Positions 15,340 through 24,312 of a DNA stretch of 64,000 nt are shown here, one piece after another; position 1 is the first letter of the stretch; the number at the start of each line of letters is the position of its first letter. Position numbers and translations under genes: made by a program. Location of the stretch: the NCBI GenBank assembly GCA_963717365.1, contig OY970327.1, positions 459,599-523,598 of the forward strand. Direction: 5' to 3'. This DNA is from Candidatus Saccharimonadia bacterium (GTDB lineage Bacteria > Patescibacteriota > Saccharimonadia > Saccharimonadales > 2-12-FULL-41-12). A model generated the notes under the pieces. The model searched no databases. It saw nothing but the letters and a program-made list of their open reading frames with translations, and was not told where the DNA came from.

Positions 15340-17106
15340 CTATAGTTTAGGCAAGAATACTTTTTCAATAAACAATTGAGTCGCTAGACGACGATACCCA
15401 GAATCCCAAAATACGCTCCCGTCGTTGATTGGAGCGCTGAAAGAAGAGGAGTAACGAGGAAAATGCCGCTTATACCCAGAGTGCATCAGCCGATACTGCA
15501 AGGCGTCTTGCTCCATGATCTCTAGGCACTTCTGTCGTTCAGACTGATCAGAACCCTCTGCGTCAGATTGATAAAAATAAGCGGGCAATAATCTTTTTTG
15601 TAAATCGAGGATATGCTTTTCGCTGCCAACCCACGCCGCACCAAATAGTATATGCGCCCAGTTACTATCAGCTATATGGTTATTGCGTTCATTAAAATTG
15701 TGGACGCGCAGCTGATTATTTTGTTCATCAAGCCAGAATTGCGCTATTTCATAGCGGTAATCATGGTTATTAAGAACGCTATCGAGTAGTGCTTGGATCT
15801 GTTTTTGGGCAGATTTGGGAATACCTGGTCTTATAAAAATACACACATCTACATCCGAGTTACGCTCTCCGTAGCCCTTGAGTCGGGACCCTGCAACCGT
15901 CAAAATTGGGTAAATATACTCATGTAACTCCGGATGGCTGGCAATTAATTCAGTTACTGCTTTTAAGTTACTGATATCTTCAGGGAAAAGGGAAAGATTT
16001 TCTGACAATTGACCTGCTAAATTAGGCACGTCAATGCCAAGATCAGCTATTTGTTCGGCGCTTCCTATCTTTAGTCGGTGTAATCGACGGTAAACTCTTG
16101 TGAGTCGATCTGTAATACCTGAGTCATCACGTTTCCACAACGCTTTTAGATCTTCACTATAGTGGTCATATAACGCTGCTGTTTTATCTGGGTCTGTCAT
16201 GGCAGTAGCTTCGATAGCATTATAAATACCCTCTATCAGCGCATGGGGGGCTAGTTCCTTACCATCCGTGGCTAGTGACTCAGCGATGAGCTCAGGTGGT
16301 AAATTGTTATTCATAATTGCTTCTGTAATATGCTGTGCAGCCATTGTTATAGCGTCTTGGTGTTGTTTTTGTGCCAGCCAGGCTTTTCTAGCGTCAGAAA
16401 GTGGCTCTAGCAATGATTCCTCAGCACTATCACCACTTGTGGCAGTATGAGACGCGCCGGCAAGTACTTCTATAATGCTTTGTCTAAGGACCGGATCATC
16501 AGCCTTCTGCAGTAATTCTGTTATCTCAACTTTAGAGAGCATGCCGCGGTCAATCAGTGCCGGTAAAAGATGCGCAGCTTTTACTACTCTTGGGAGGTCA
16601 CCATTTCGATACGATGGCTCTAATACATCTCCGTCAATAAAGTTAGCTCGCACATCGTGCACAGCGAGCAGTCTGTGCCAAGCAGTAAGATATGTTTTTT
16701 TAAATCTATTTACTTCGTGATTCAAGTCATCGCTGCTCGGCTTCCATGACTCGGCCGGCATGAACTCGAAGGGGAGATACAGCACTAGTCGTTGGTAGTC
16801 TGTATCTTCCAATATATCGCCCAGTATACTATAGAGTCGAATGGCCGACATCTCACTTATTAAACCAGTTCCTACGGCTGATTCGATATTAATCGTGGGG
16901 GAGGGGAGATTATCTACTACTTCTTGAATGGCATGGATCCGTTTAGTATGTGTCTCAATTTGTTCCGATAGGAGAGAGTTATTTTGCTCTTCCATCGGCC
17001 ATAAAGCAGCGGCTTGATGCGAGTTCTGCAAGACTTCATTCACGGGAACCATAACAGTGGTATCCGAGAGGAAATCTAATTCATGAAGTGAAGGCTCGGA
17101 ATTCAT
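15340..17106 (-). CDS. Large protein with a Pol-beta-superfamily nucleotidyltransferase domain
   Basis: 588 aa. VAGSRLKGYGERNSDVDVCIFI matches the GS-x(n)-DxD NTase signature in the C-terminal third. The N-terminal ~390 aa are unassigned. Confidence 0.5.
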   Translation of the reverse strand: MNSEPSLHELDFLSDTTVMVPVNEVLQNSHQAAALWPMEEQNNSLLSEQIETHTKRIHAIQEVVDNLPSPTINIESAVGTGLISEMSAIRLYSILGDILEDTDYQRLVLYLPFEFMPAESWKPSSDDLNHEVNRFKKTYLTAWHRLLAVHDVRANFIDGDVLEPSYRNGDLPRVVKAAHLLPALIDRGMLSKVEITELLQKADDPVLRQSIIEVLAGASHTATSGDSAEESLLEPLSDARKAWLAQKQHQDAITMAAQHITEAIMNNNLPPELIAESLATDGKELAPHALIEGIYNAIEATAMTDPDKTAALYDHYSEDLKALWKRDDSGITDRLTRVYRRLHRLKIGSAEQIADLGIDVPNLAGQLSENLSLFPEDISNLKAVTELIASHPELHEYIYPILTVAGSRLKGYGERNSDVDVCIFIRPGIPKSAQKQIQALLDSVLNNHDYRYEIAQFWLDEQNNQLRVHNFNERNNHIADSNWAHILFGAAWVGSEKHILDLQKRLLPAYFYQSDAEGSDQSERQKCLEIMEQDALQYRLMHSGYKRHFPRYSSSFSAPINDGSVFWDSGYRRLATQLFIEKVFLPKL

Positions 17107-17120
17107 GGCAATACTCTTTT

Positions 17121-18134
17121 TTACATATGATTCTGGTCATCAAAAATCTGTGAGACAGAGCCATCTTGCACAATCTCTATTAGAGCTCTGCCTATCATTG
17201 GAGCGATACTAATGACTCGTAGCTTGTGGCCAAGTTCAGTTTTTGCTTCATCCATTGGAAACGTATCAGTTACTAATATCTTATCGATAGGGGCGTCTTT
17301 AAGCCGTTGCAGCGCAGGACCAGAGAATATACCGTGGGTTGCTGCCACATAAATTGCTTTAGCGCCAGAGTTTTTCAGCGCTTCAGCAGCAGAAACAAGT
17401 GTACCGGCAGTATCTATCAAATCGTCAAAGAGCATGCATACACGGCCCTCAGCTTCCGGTACCTTTTCTTCCCGTTGTATTTTCTGACTATCAAGTGGAT
17501 CACGTAATTTTGCCAGGTGAAGTAATCTGACACCTAAGTCCAACCGATGTCGCTCCGCCTGTTTGCCAGCACCTGCGTCTGGCGCAACTACCAAACAGTC
17601 ACTTAAGTCGTAGCCGCTAACTTCTTCTTCCATTGCATCTCGTAACAAAGATTGAGCAGTTAGGTGGTCAAACGGACCTCTAAAAATAGCTTGAGTTTGT
17701 GGCGAATGCATATCTACCGTTACAATCCTATTAACTCCGACTGCCGCTAGATGGTCAATAATAACCCGGGTTCCAATTGGTTCGCGACCGCGGGATTTAC
17801 GATCTTGCCGGCTATAGGCAAGGTAAGGGCTAACCGCGGTTATCTCTGCGGCAGATGATGACCTGGCTGCGTCAGCCAGTAAATATTGCTGCATAATCGC
17901 GTCATTCACAGATGTATCTTTGGTTCGAACATGAGGTTGAATTATAAAGACATGTTTTCCACGGACGCTATCTTCATAACGGGTATAGATTTCGCCATTA
18001 GAGAATATTTTTTCTTGTACGCCACCGGATTCAACGCCCATTTCCTGGGCAATTCCTGCAGCCAGCTCGGGATGGGCAAACCCGCTGGCTATGTAGACTT
18101 TTTCTTTTTCCGGATTGGTTAAAACTGGTGTCAT
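17121..18134 (-). CDS. prs: Ribose-phosphate pyrophosphokinase (PRPP synthetase)
   Basis: 337 aa with VDMHSPQTQAIF, the PRPP-binding loop MLFDDLIDTAGTL, and overall Prs length. Confidence 0.85.
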   Translation of the reverse strand: MTPVLTNPEKEKVYIASGFAHPELAAGIAQEMGVESGGVQEKIFSNGEIYTRYEDSVRGKHVFIIQPHVRTKDTSVNDAIMQQYLLADAARSSSAAEITAVSPYLAYSRQDRKSRGREPIGTRVIIDHLAAVGVNRIVTVDMHSPQTQAIFRGPFDHLTAQSLLRDAMEEEVSGYDLSDCLVVAPDAGAGKQAERHRLDLGVRLLHLAKLRDPLDSQKIQREEKVPEAEGRVCMLFDDLIDTAGTLVSAAEALKNSGAKAIYVAATHGIFSGPALQRLKDAPIDKILVTDTFPMDEAKTELGHKLRVISIAPMIGRALIEIVQDGSVSQIFDDQNHM

Positions 18135-18253
18135 GGTATCTCCTTAGTGTTAATTCTACACTTACTGTATCTTATTGTCAACTATAAAAAACGGAAATTG
18201 TTTTTACAAAACATACATTACTCGCAGGCTTACGGTCAGCTATACTGATACAC

Positions 18254-18907
18254 ATGCATATATACCAGAAAAATATACTTGATCTGCTGAGACAATCGGC
18301 GGAACTGCGATACAGTCAGATGCAGCCTGATGACGTAGAAAGCGGTCATTTTAAGTATCACCTCAATTTATTAGTTAAGGATGGTTTGGTTGCGCGAAAA
18401 GATCGTGGGCTTTACGCACTTACAGATAAAGGAAAGTCTGCCGTTGACCGGTTATCCCGAGGACGTGTCAATCCGCACCTAACACCAAAAGTGATCACTT
18501 ACACCCTACTTCAGGACGAGCAAAATTACTACTTGCATCGGAAAGATAAAGAGCCTTATCTAGGTCTTATTAATTTGGTGGGTGGAAAGGTTCATATTGG
18601 CGAATCAACCGAGAACGCAGCAGCGCGAGAGATTTACGAAAAAGCCGGTCGTTCGATCGCCACTCCCACACTAAGAGGTATTGCAGAAATCAGGATTAGC
18701 AACAAGGATACTCTTTTAAGTCACGTTGTTGCCTATGTCTATGCAGCCAACGTGGAAGTCGATAGTACTGCCGAAAATAACCTAATACCATTCACTCATG
18801 CAATGCTGCCAAAAGAAAAGGATGTAGCCCCCGACTTACTTGAAATACTTACTGCCATCCAAACATCCAAAACGTTGTTCGCGCTTGATCTAGACATTAT
18901 TTGGTAA
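18254..18907 (+). CDS. Winged-HTH plus Nudix-domain protein (putative Nudix-type regulator)
   Basis: 217 aa. The N-terminal ~70 aa are wHTH-like (HLNLLVKDGLVARKDRGLYALTDKG). The Nudix box is GGKVHIGESTENAAAREIYEKAG. Leaderless-type TATACT at 18241-18246 lies 7 nt before the ATG. Confidence 0.6.
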   Translation: MHIYQKNILDLLRQSAELRYSQMQPDDVESGHFKYHLNLLVKDGLVARKDRGLYALTDKGKSAVDRLSRGRVNPHLTPKVITYTLLQDEQNYYLHRKDKEPYLGLINLVGGKVHIGESTENAAAREIYEKAGRSIATPTLRGIAEIRISNKDTLLSHVVAYVYAANVEVDSTAENNLIPFTHAMLPKEKDVAPDLLEILTAIQTSKTLFALDLDIIW

Positions 18908-19002
18908 ATATAGTCGTTTTGTAAAATCTATTTTACAAAATAATTCCTACGCGCTAGATATAGTTGTCTCTGCGGCCAAATTAACTGCTAAGGAGCGAGC
19001 CA

Positions 19003-19551
19003 ATGATACAGCCAGAACAAGACATCGATTATAAAGCATACATACGCGCCGTGGATAATTTTCCTAAGCCAGGCATTCGATTTTACGATATTGCACCACT
19101 ACTAGGCAATGGGGCAGTTTTCAGTAGTGTTATTAAAGAAATGGCCGAACCGCTCCGTGGAGAGATCAGTAAGATAGTTAGTTTTGATGCCAGGGGATTT
19201 TTATTTGGTAGTGCTATGGCAGCTGAATTGGAGATTGGCAACGTGATGCTTCGTAAACCGGGTAAACTGCCTGGTGAAACGTATAGCATAACTTACGATC
19301 TAGAATACGGCAGCAATACGATTGAAATTCAATCCGACGTGATTGAATCAGGCGAAAAAGTAGCTCTTGTTGATGATGTTATAGCCACGGGTGGAACCGC
19401 CTTAGCCGGCATTGATCTTGTACGCAAATGCGGTGGCACTATAATAGAATTTTGTGCGCTCGTCGATCTACCACAGCTTGGTGGATCAGCCAAGATTATA
19501 GATCAAAATATTCCTGTGCGAGCTGTGATTGAATATAACGGAGACTCGTAA
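19003..19551 (+). CDS. apt: Adenine phosphoribosyltransferase
   Basis: 182 aa with the PRPP motif VALVDDVIATGGTALA and typical Apt N-terminal sequence (FPKPGIRFYDI). Confidence 0.85.
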   Translation: MIQPEQDIDYKAYIRAVDNFPKPGIRFYDIAPLLGNGAVFSSVIKEMAEPLRGEISKIVSFDARGFLFGSAMAAELEIGNVMLRKPGKLPGETYSITYDLEYGSNTIEIQSDVIESGEKVALVDDVIATGGTALAGIDLVRKCGGTIIEFCALVDLPQLGGSAKIIDQNIPVRAVIEYNGDS

Positions 19552-20025
19552 ATGGAACAATTATGCGACAACGTGAGCGTTGGGGTTATATTACAAAATC
19601 CACAAGGTGAGGTGCTATTACTAAATCGGGCACGCTTTCCTTATGGATTAGCCCCACCGGCTGGCCATTTAGACGATCATGACAACTTAGAGCAAGCTGC
19701 TGTCACTGAAGTATATGAAGAAGTAGGTTTGTCGGTGGCAACTTCTAGCTTAGTAAAAGTTATCGATGCGCGCCGAGTTAATAACAAATGCCGGCGGAAA
19801 AATGGCAATTTCCATATCTGGACAGTTTATACAGCTGAAAACATTGAAGGACAAATAACCGCAAGCCCCGAAGAAACCGATGGGGCGACGTGGCAGTCAC
19901 CACGGGAGCTGCAACAACTGGCTGACCAAACACGCTCAAATCCAGAGAGGGCACACTACGCTGGAGCTCAAATTCTAGAATTGATCTGGCTCGAGTTCTT
20001 TACTGAACTCGGGTTTTTTAAATAA
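19552..20025 (+). CDS. Nudix hydrolase
   Basis: 157 aa, starting directly after the apt stop. The Nudix box is PAGHLDDHDNLEQAAVTEVYEEVGL. Confidence 0.7.
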   Translation: MEQLCDNVSVGVILQNPQGEVLLLNRARFPYGLAPPAGHLDDHDNLEQAAVTEVYEEVGLSVATSSLVKVIDARRVNNKCRRKNGNFHIWTVYTAENIEGQITASPEETDGATWQSPRELQQLADQTRSNPERAHYAGAQILELIWLEFFTELGFFK

Positions 20026-20064
20026 TATTTTAAGAACATTGCGTGTTTAGAAGCGAAGATAAGT

Positions 20065-20201
20065 AAACTATTGAACCTGGGTCTCAAACCCTGCCGACAA
20101 CTGCTTTTCTATGCTAGTCATTCTTCATTATAAATTAATGAAGAATGAAGTTTAACTAGCATACTTTTTGTAGGGTTTTGATATTCAGGTTATCAATAGT
20201 T
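20065..20201. repeat. Long (~137 bp) imperfect palindrome
   Basis: The perfect inner arms are CATTCTTCATTA (20119-20130) and TAATGAAGAATG (20136-20147). The middle arms are TATGCTAGT and ACTAGCATA. The outer arms, AACTATTGAACCTGGGTCTCAAACCCTGC versus GTAGGGTTTTGATATTCAGGTTATCAATAGTT, are largely complementary. Confidence 0.6.
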
Positions 20202-20210
20202 GGCTAAAGT

Positions 20211-20252
20211 AGCTAAGTAGGCAGAATACTATCTTTGTGATATTTTAATTTT
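20211..20252 (+). promoter_or_regulatory. Cassette promoter module copy 10 (distant copy)
   Basis: AGCTAAGTAGGCAG, AATACTATCTTTGTGATATTTT with -10 TATTTT at 20241-20246, and ATG at 20253 (6-nt gap). Confidence 0.5.
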
Positions 20253-20717
20253 ATGTCCGAAATTTTGACCACCAACGTGCGGGCTTTTCGCAATTCTATG
20301 ATTAGGCAATCGGTTAGGGATCGTTACAACATTATATATGACGATCTGCTGGACGAAGATGACCTTGAAGATGCCGATATACATAACGTGTTTCGTTTCA
20401 TGTTAGATGTTGAAACATACCACGCGCTATGGGTTGATCAAGCAGTCGCGCAATCTAATTCTCTTCAGTCAGGGGATCTGGAATATATACAAAATGGCAG
20501 CATTGAGAATGCAGAAGCAATTAATTTCACTATGGATCAAATAAGACGGGGGAATACGGTTATTATTTCGTATCTTAGTCAGGCAGAAGAAAACCATCAA
20601 GCCAAATACGGCACTAAACTATATACCAACGATGGTGTATGGGTAGCTGAGTTAAAGTGGGCGACATTTATCAACTATATACTGCCATCAGCTCCAGATC
20701 CGCAAGATTTTCTATAA
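20253..20717 (+). CDS. Hypothetical protein (154 aa)
   Basis: ORF with the leaderless module upstream. No domain recognised. Confidence 0.5.
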   Translation: MSEILTTNVRAFRNSMIRQSVRDRYNIIYDDLLDEDDLEDADIHNVFRFMLDVETYHALWVDQAVAQSNSLQSGDLEYIQNGSIENAEAINFTMDQIRRGNTVIISYLSQAEENHQAKYGTKLYTNDGVWVAELKWATFINYILPSAPDPQDFL

Positions 20718-20769
20718 TAAACAGTAAGTTGCGATTTTCAAAATTTTATTTTAATGATATCGTACTCTG

Positions 20770-21000
20770 ATGAATGAACAGCCACCTTTTGTATTACAGC
20801 GCTATGATACGTTAAGTGATGAATATTTCGATATTTGGCCAGTTGAAAATAATACATATGATAGCCTTGATGACGCTTACGAGGGAGCGGGCACACAACT
20901 GCGTGAAATAAAAGAAACTCCACCCAATGATATAGCCGGAGTGGAAAAAAACACTTTATATATAGTTGATGTAAACGGTAAACGAATCCAATATCCATAA
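20770..21000 (+). CDS. Hypothetical small acidic protein (76 aa)
   Basis: The plus-strand ORF has protein-like composition. The overlapping minus-strand ORFs (20738-21055, 20877-21098) are Cys/His/aromatic-rich and look spurious. Confidence 0.4.
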   Translation: MNEQPPFVLQRYDTLSDEYFDIWPVENNTYDSLDDAYEGAGTQLREIKETPPNDIAGVEKNTLYIVDVNGKRIQYP

Positions 21001-21041
21001 CAACGCGGGCAACAGTGATCTCCTTTTGATATAGTTGAGAT

Positions 21042-21965
21042 ATGAAGATTGGCATTATTGGCAGTAGGGAGGAGACTGGGGTAAGTTATTCTCTGCACCG
21101 CTGTGAAGAGCTGGGTCTTAATAAAAAAGAGGTCTTGGCAGCCGCCTTAGAAGACTTAGGTATACGACGATATCGCCTAATGAGTTATTGGAATATTCAT
21201 GAGCAAAAAGCAGGTGAATATAATTTTGATGAGCTGGACTGGCAGCTAGACCTAGTTGCAAAATATGACGGCACAGCATCGTTATGTCTTGGCAAACGGC
21301 AGCCGCGCTGGCCTGAGTGCCATATCCCTGACTGGGCGGCAAAACTTTCGAAAGAGGAGTGGTATCATGCGCTTTATAAATATATAGAGGTCATTGTAAA
21401 ACGATATAAAGATCACCCGGCGGTTGCAAGTTGGCAATTAGAGAATGAAGCACTACTTAGGGAGTTTGGCTATTGCATTGATCAAGATTACAACCGCCGC
21501 AGACTGGAAATCGAGTATCAATTAATAAAATTACTGGACGCTGATCATCCGGTAATTATGACTTTATCAGATAGTTGGGGATTACCATGGCGCCGTCCGC
21601 ATCCAGACGGATACGCCATATCCTTGTACCGGACAACTATAAATAAACGCGGCAACTATGCTTTTTCTAAACGACCGGCACTTTTCTATAAAATACGAGC
21701 TGGACTTATTTATCTCATACGCCGGCGGCCGGTCTTTATTCATGAGCTGCAGGCCGAGCCATGGTTGGCTAAAGGCATTGTGGAAACAACAATAAAAGAA
21801 CAATTACAGGTTATAGGTGCACGAAGTATAGAAAAAAATTATGAGTTTGCGAAAAAGACCGACTTATACCCTGTAGATTTATGGGGCTTGGAGTGGTGGT
21901 ACTGGTTAAAAGAAAAACATAATAAACCGGAGTGTTGGGAGATGGTACGTAAAATTATTCAGTAA
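21042..21965 (+). CDS. TIM-barrel glycoside hydrolase-like protein (clan GH-A type, tentative)
   Basis: 307 aa. HPAVASWQLENEA resembles the conserved Asn-Glu acid/base motif of GH-A families. Leaderless-type TGA-TATAGT at 21030-21035 lies 6 nt before the ATG. Confidence 0.45.
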   Translation: MKIGIIGSREETGVSYSLHRCEELGLNKKEVLAAALEDLGIRRYRLMSYWNIHEQKAGEYNFDELDWQLDLVAKYDGTASLCLGKRQPRWPECHIPDWAAKLSKEEWYHALYKYIEVIVKRYKDHPAVASWQLENEALLREFGYCIDQDYNRRRLEIEYQLIKLLDADHPVIMTLSDSWGLPWRRPHPDGYAISLYRTTINKRGNYAFSKRPALFYKIRAGLIYLIRRRPVFIHELQAEPWLAKGIVETTIKEQLQVIGARSIEKNYEFAKKTDLYPVDLWGLEWWYWLKEKHNKPECWEMVRKIIQ

Positions 21966-24207
21966 TACGTCGAAGCAATTTTAGTACTTGGTCAACCTCT
22001 GCAACCTGATAATTCGCAAACGTTTTGCCAATGCCTACCTTGATGCTATAGGCCTCATCTGGAAGCACCTCAAACATTGCTTCATCGGTATAGTCATCAC
22101 CAATTGCCATTATAAAATCGGCCGGATGCATCGCAAGAAGTTCTAAACATGCTGCGCCTTTATTTATACTACGGGGCTTAATTTCAATAATCTTGTGACC
22201 GCTATAAATAGCCAAGGCACTGTTAGCAGTTGCCTTATTAAGTTCATGTTCTAGGCCAGTACTGCGAGTGTGCCCAAGCTCTGGCAACACATTCCGGTAA
22301 TGCCACACTAGACCAAATTCCTTCTCTTCAATTACTGCCCCGGGCGTACGCTCCGTAAATCGTTCCATAATGGCAAGCAAGCCTTTCTTATGCTTTTGAA
22401 AAGAGAATTCAGCCTGTGACCATTCACCATCATCCTTAACCCAAGCGCCATGCTCAGCTATTAAAGAAATATTCATATCACCGAACCATGATTCTAAAAC
22501 ATCGCGTGGACGGCCGCTCATAATACATATCTTAGTCCGAGGCTTACCTGCTAGTCTTTGGAGTAAACGACGCAAAGCTTTTGGAGGTGAAGAATGACGT
22601 GGCTCAGGACTTGACACCATTTCATGCAGCGTTCCATCATAATCCAGAATTATTAAACGTTCTTTAGCGGCGTTACATTTTAGAATTATTTTTTGCCTAA
22701 TCTCCGAGGTTAGAACATTTCGTTGATAATTAGGTTGTACGCTTTTAGTTTGGGTTAACTGCTCGATAAAATCAGCCGCCCAGCGCTGAACCGTGTACCT
22801 GGAAAGCCGTTTTTGCATAATTGATAGCCTTTGTCGTTGCTCCCATTTCGGCATTGTTAAAGCAGTTTTAATTGCAGCCACCATTGAGCCGATGTCGTTT
22901 GGATTAATTAACGTTGCCTCCGGCAATTCGTCGACAGCGCCAGTCATCTCACTTAGTATAAGTACCCCCGGACGTTTTTGATGACTGGCCACAAATTCTT
23001 TGGCTACTAAGTTCATACCGTCTCTCGTAGGTGTAACTAGCGCTACGTCAGCCATCGCATAAAGAGCAACCAGCTGGTTAAACGGTAGATTTTGAAATTG
23101 ATACGAGATTGGTGTCCAATCAACCGAGGCGAATGTACCATTAATGCGACTAACTGTTTTTTCAATCATATCGCGTAAATCTTTGTATGTTTCAACTTCC
23201 GTTCGAGAGGGAACGGCAATTACTACCAGCACAACTTTCTTATGATACTTAGGAAAAGTATTTAGAAATCGTTCAAATGCTTCTAAACGTTTTAATATCC
23301 CTTTGGAATAGTCGAGACGATCTACCGAAATAATAATTTTTTTATTGCGATAGTGATCCTGAAGTATTTTAATCTCTGCAAGTGTCGTGAGATCAGTAGT
23401 GGCGGCTTTAAATTTCTTGTAGTCAATACCGATCGGGAATGCCTCTACCTTTACTAAGCGGTCACTTAGAACGATAGATCCATGATTACTTTCCTGTCCT
23501 GCGATCCTGAGCGTACTTGTCAAAAAGTGTCGAGCATAGTCGTGAATATGGAAACCGATTAAATCTGCTCCTAGCAGGCCTTCTAGAATTTCTTGGCGAT
23601 TTGGTAATAAACGAAAAATTTCGTAGGAAGGAAAAGGAATATGCAAGAAATAACCAATGGCGCTCGAAGGTAGACTGTCTCTCAAAAGCTTCGGCAATAG
23701 CATTAAATGATAATCATGTACCCATATTAACGTCTGACCATCGGCTTGTTTAATAATTGCCTTACTAAACAACTCATTTACTTCTTTATATGCCTGCCAG
23801 TATTCGGGCTTAAATTTAGCAAGCGACTGAAAATAGTGGAACATCGGCCAGATAGTATCGTTAGAGTATCCTTCGTAGAAGTTAGCTACTTGGGCTTCGG
23901 TCATAAAAATGGGATAGCAACCTGAGCGGCGCAGCTTACGAATAATTACCGCCCGGTCTCCTGGTTTGAGCTCATCTGAACTGATGCCTGGCCAGCCAAT
24001 CCACACCATATCAGCATTATCGGTATTTACTGAAGATACGGCAGTAGCCAGACCTCCAGGGCTTGGGGTAAACACCAATTTTCCATTTTGTCGCGATACG
24101 CTTACTGGCAAACGATTGGACACAATAATAATTTTCTGCCTAGTAGCAGGTTGTTTAGGTTTAGTTACGTCTACGGGAAACTCCTGACTTTGGCGCAAGC
24201 TATGCAT
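21955..24207 (-). CDS. otsAB: Bifunctional trehalose-6-phosphate synthase / trehalose-6-phosphate phosphatase fusion
   Basis: 750 aa. GT20 motifs are IIVSNRLPV, WVHDYHLMLLP and VTPTRDGMNLVAKE. The C-terminal HAD/TPP part carries ILDYDGTL and GDDYTDE. Confidence 0.8.
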   Translation of the reverse strand: MHSLRQSQEFPVDVTKPKQPATRQKIIIVSNRLPVSVSRQNGKLVFTPSPGGLATAVSSVNTDNADMVWIGWPGISSDELKPGDRAVIIRKLRRSGCYPIFMTEAQVANFYEGYSNDTIWPMFHYFQSLAKFKPEYWQAYKEVNELFSKAIIKQADGQTLIWVHDYHLMLLPKLLRDSLPSSAIGYFLHIPFPSYEIFRLLPNRQEILEGLLGADLIGFHIHDYARHFLTSTLRIAGQESNHGSIVLSDRLVKVEAFPIGIDYKKFKAATTDLTTLAEIKILQDHYRNKKIIISVDRLDYSKGILKRLEAFERFLNTFPKYHKKVVLVVIAVPSRTEVETYKDLRDMIEKTVSRINGTFASVDWTPISYQFQNLPFNQLVALYAMADVALVTPTRDGMNLVAKEFVASHQKRPGVLILSEMTGAVDELPEATLINPNDIGSMVAAIKTALTMPKWEQRQRLSIMQKRLSRYTVQRWAADFIEQLTQTKSVQPNYQRNVLTSEIRQKIILKCNAAKERLIILDYDGTLHEMVSSPEPRHSSPPKALRRLLQRLAGKPRTKICIMSGRPRDVLESWFGDMNISLIAEHGAWVKDDGEWSQAEFSFQKHKKGLLAIMERFTERTPGAVIEEKEFGLVWHYRNVLPELGHTRSTGLEHELNKATANSALAIYSGHKIIEIKPRSINKGAACLELLAMHPADFIMAIGDDYTDEAMFEVLPDEAYSIKVGIGKTFANYQVAEVDQVLKLLRRITE

Positions 24208-24312
24208 TACCTAACAGTATACACACCTTCATACAACATAAAGTAGCCATTCTTACAGAAATGGTAATGTATTTTTGACTGAATAATGATAAAATGATAA
24301 AATATATAAATA

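Noticed and set aside
2541-20252. CRISPR array suggested by the recurring ~20-60-bp motif
   Set aside because: Repeat spacing is irregular (about 300 to more than 1500 bp). The intervening sequences are protein-coding ORFs, the repeats are promoter-like, and no cas genes are present.
20738-21098. Minus-strand ORFs of 105 aa and 73 aa
   Set aside because: Their composition is unusual (His/Cys/Tyr/Phe-rich) and they have no SD or promoter. They overlap the better-looking plus-strand ORF 20770-21000 and the start of the 21042 gene.
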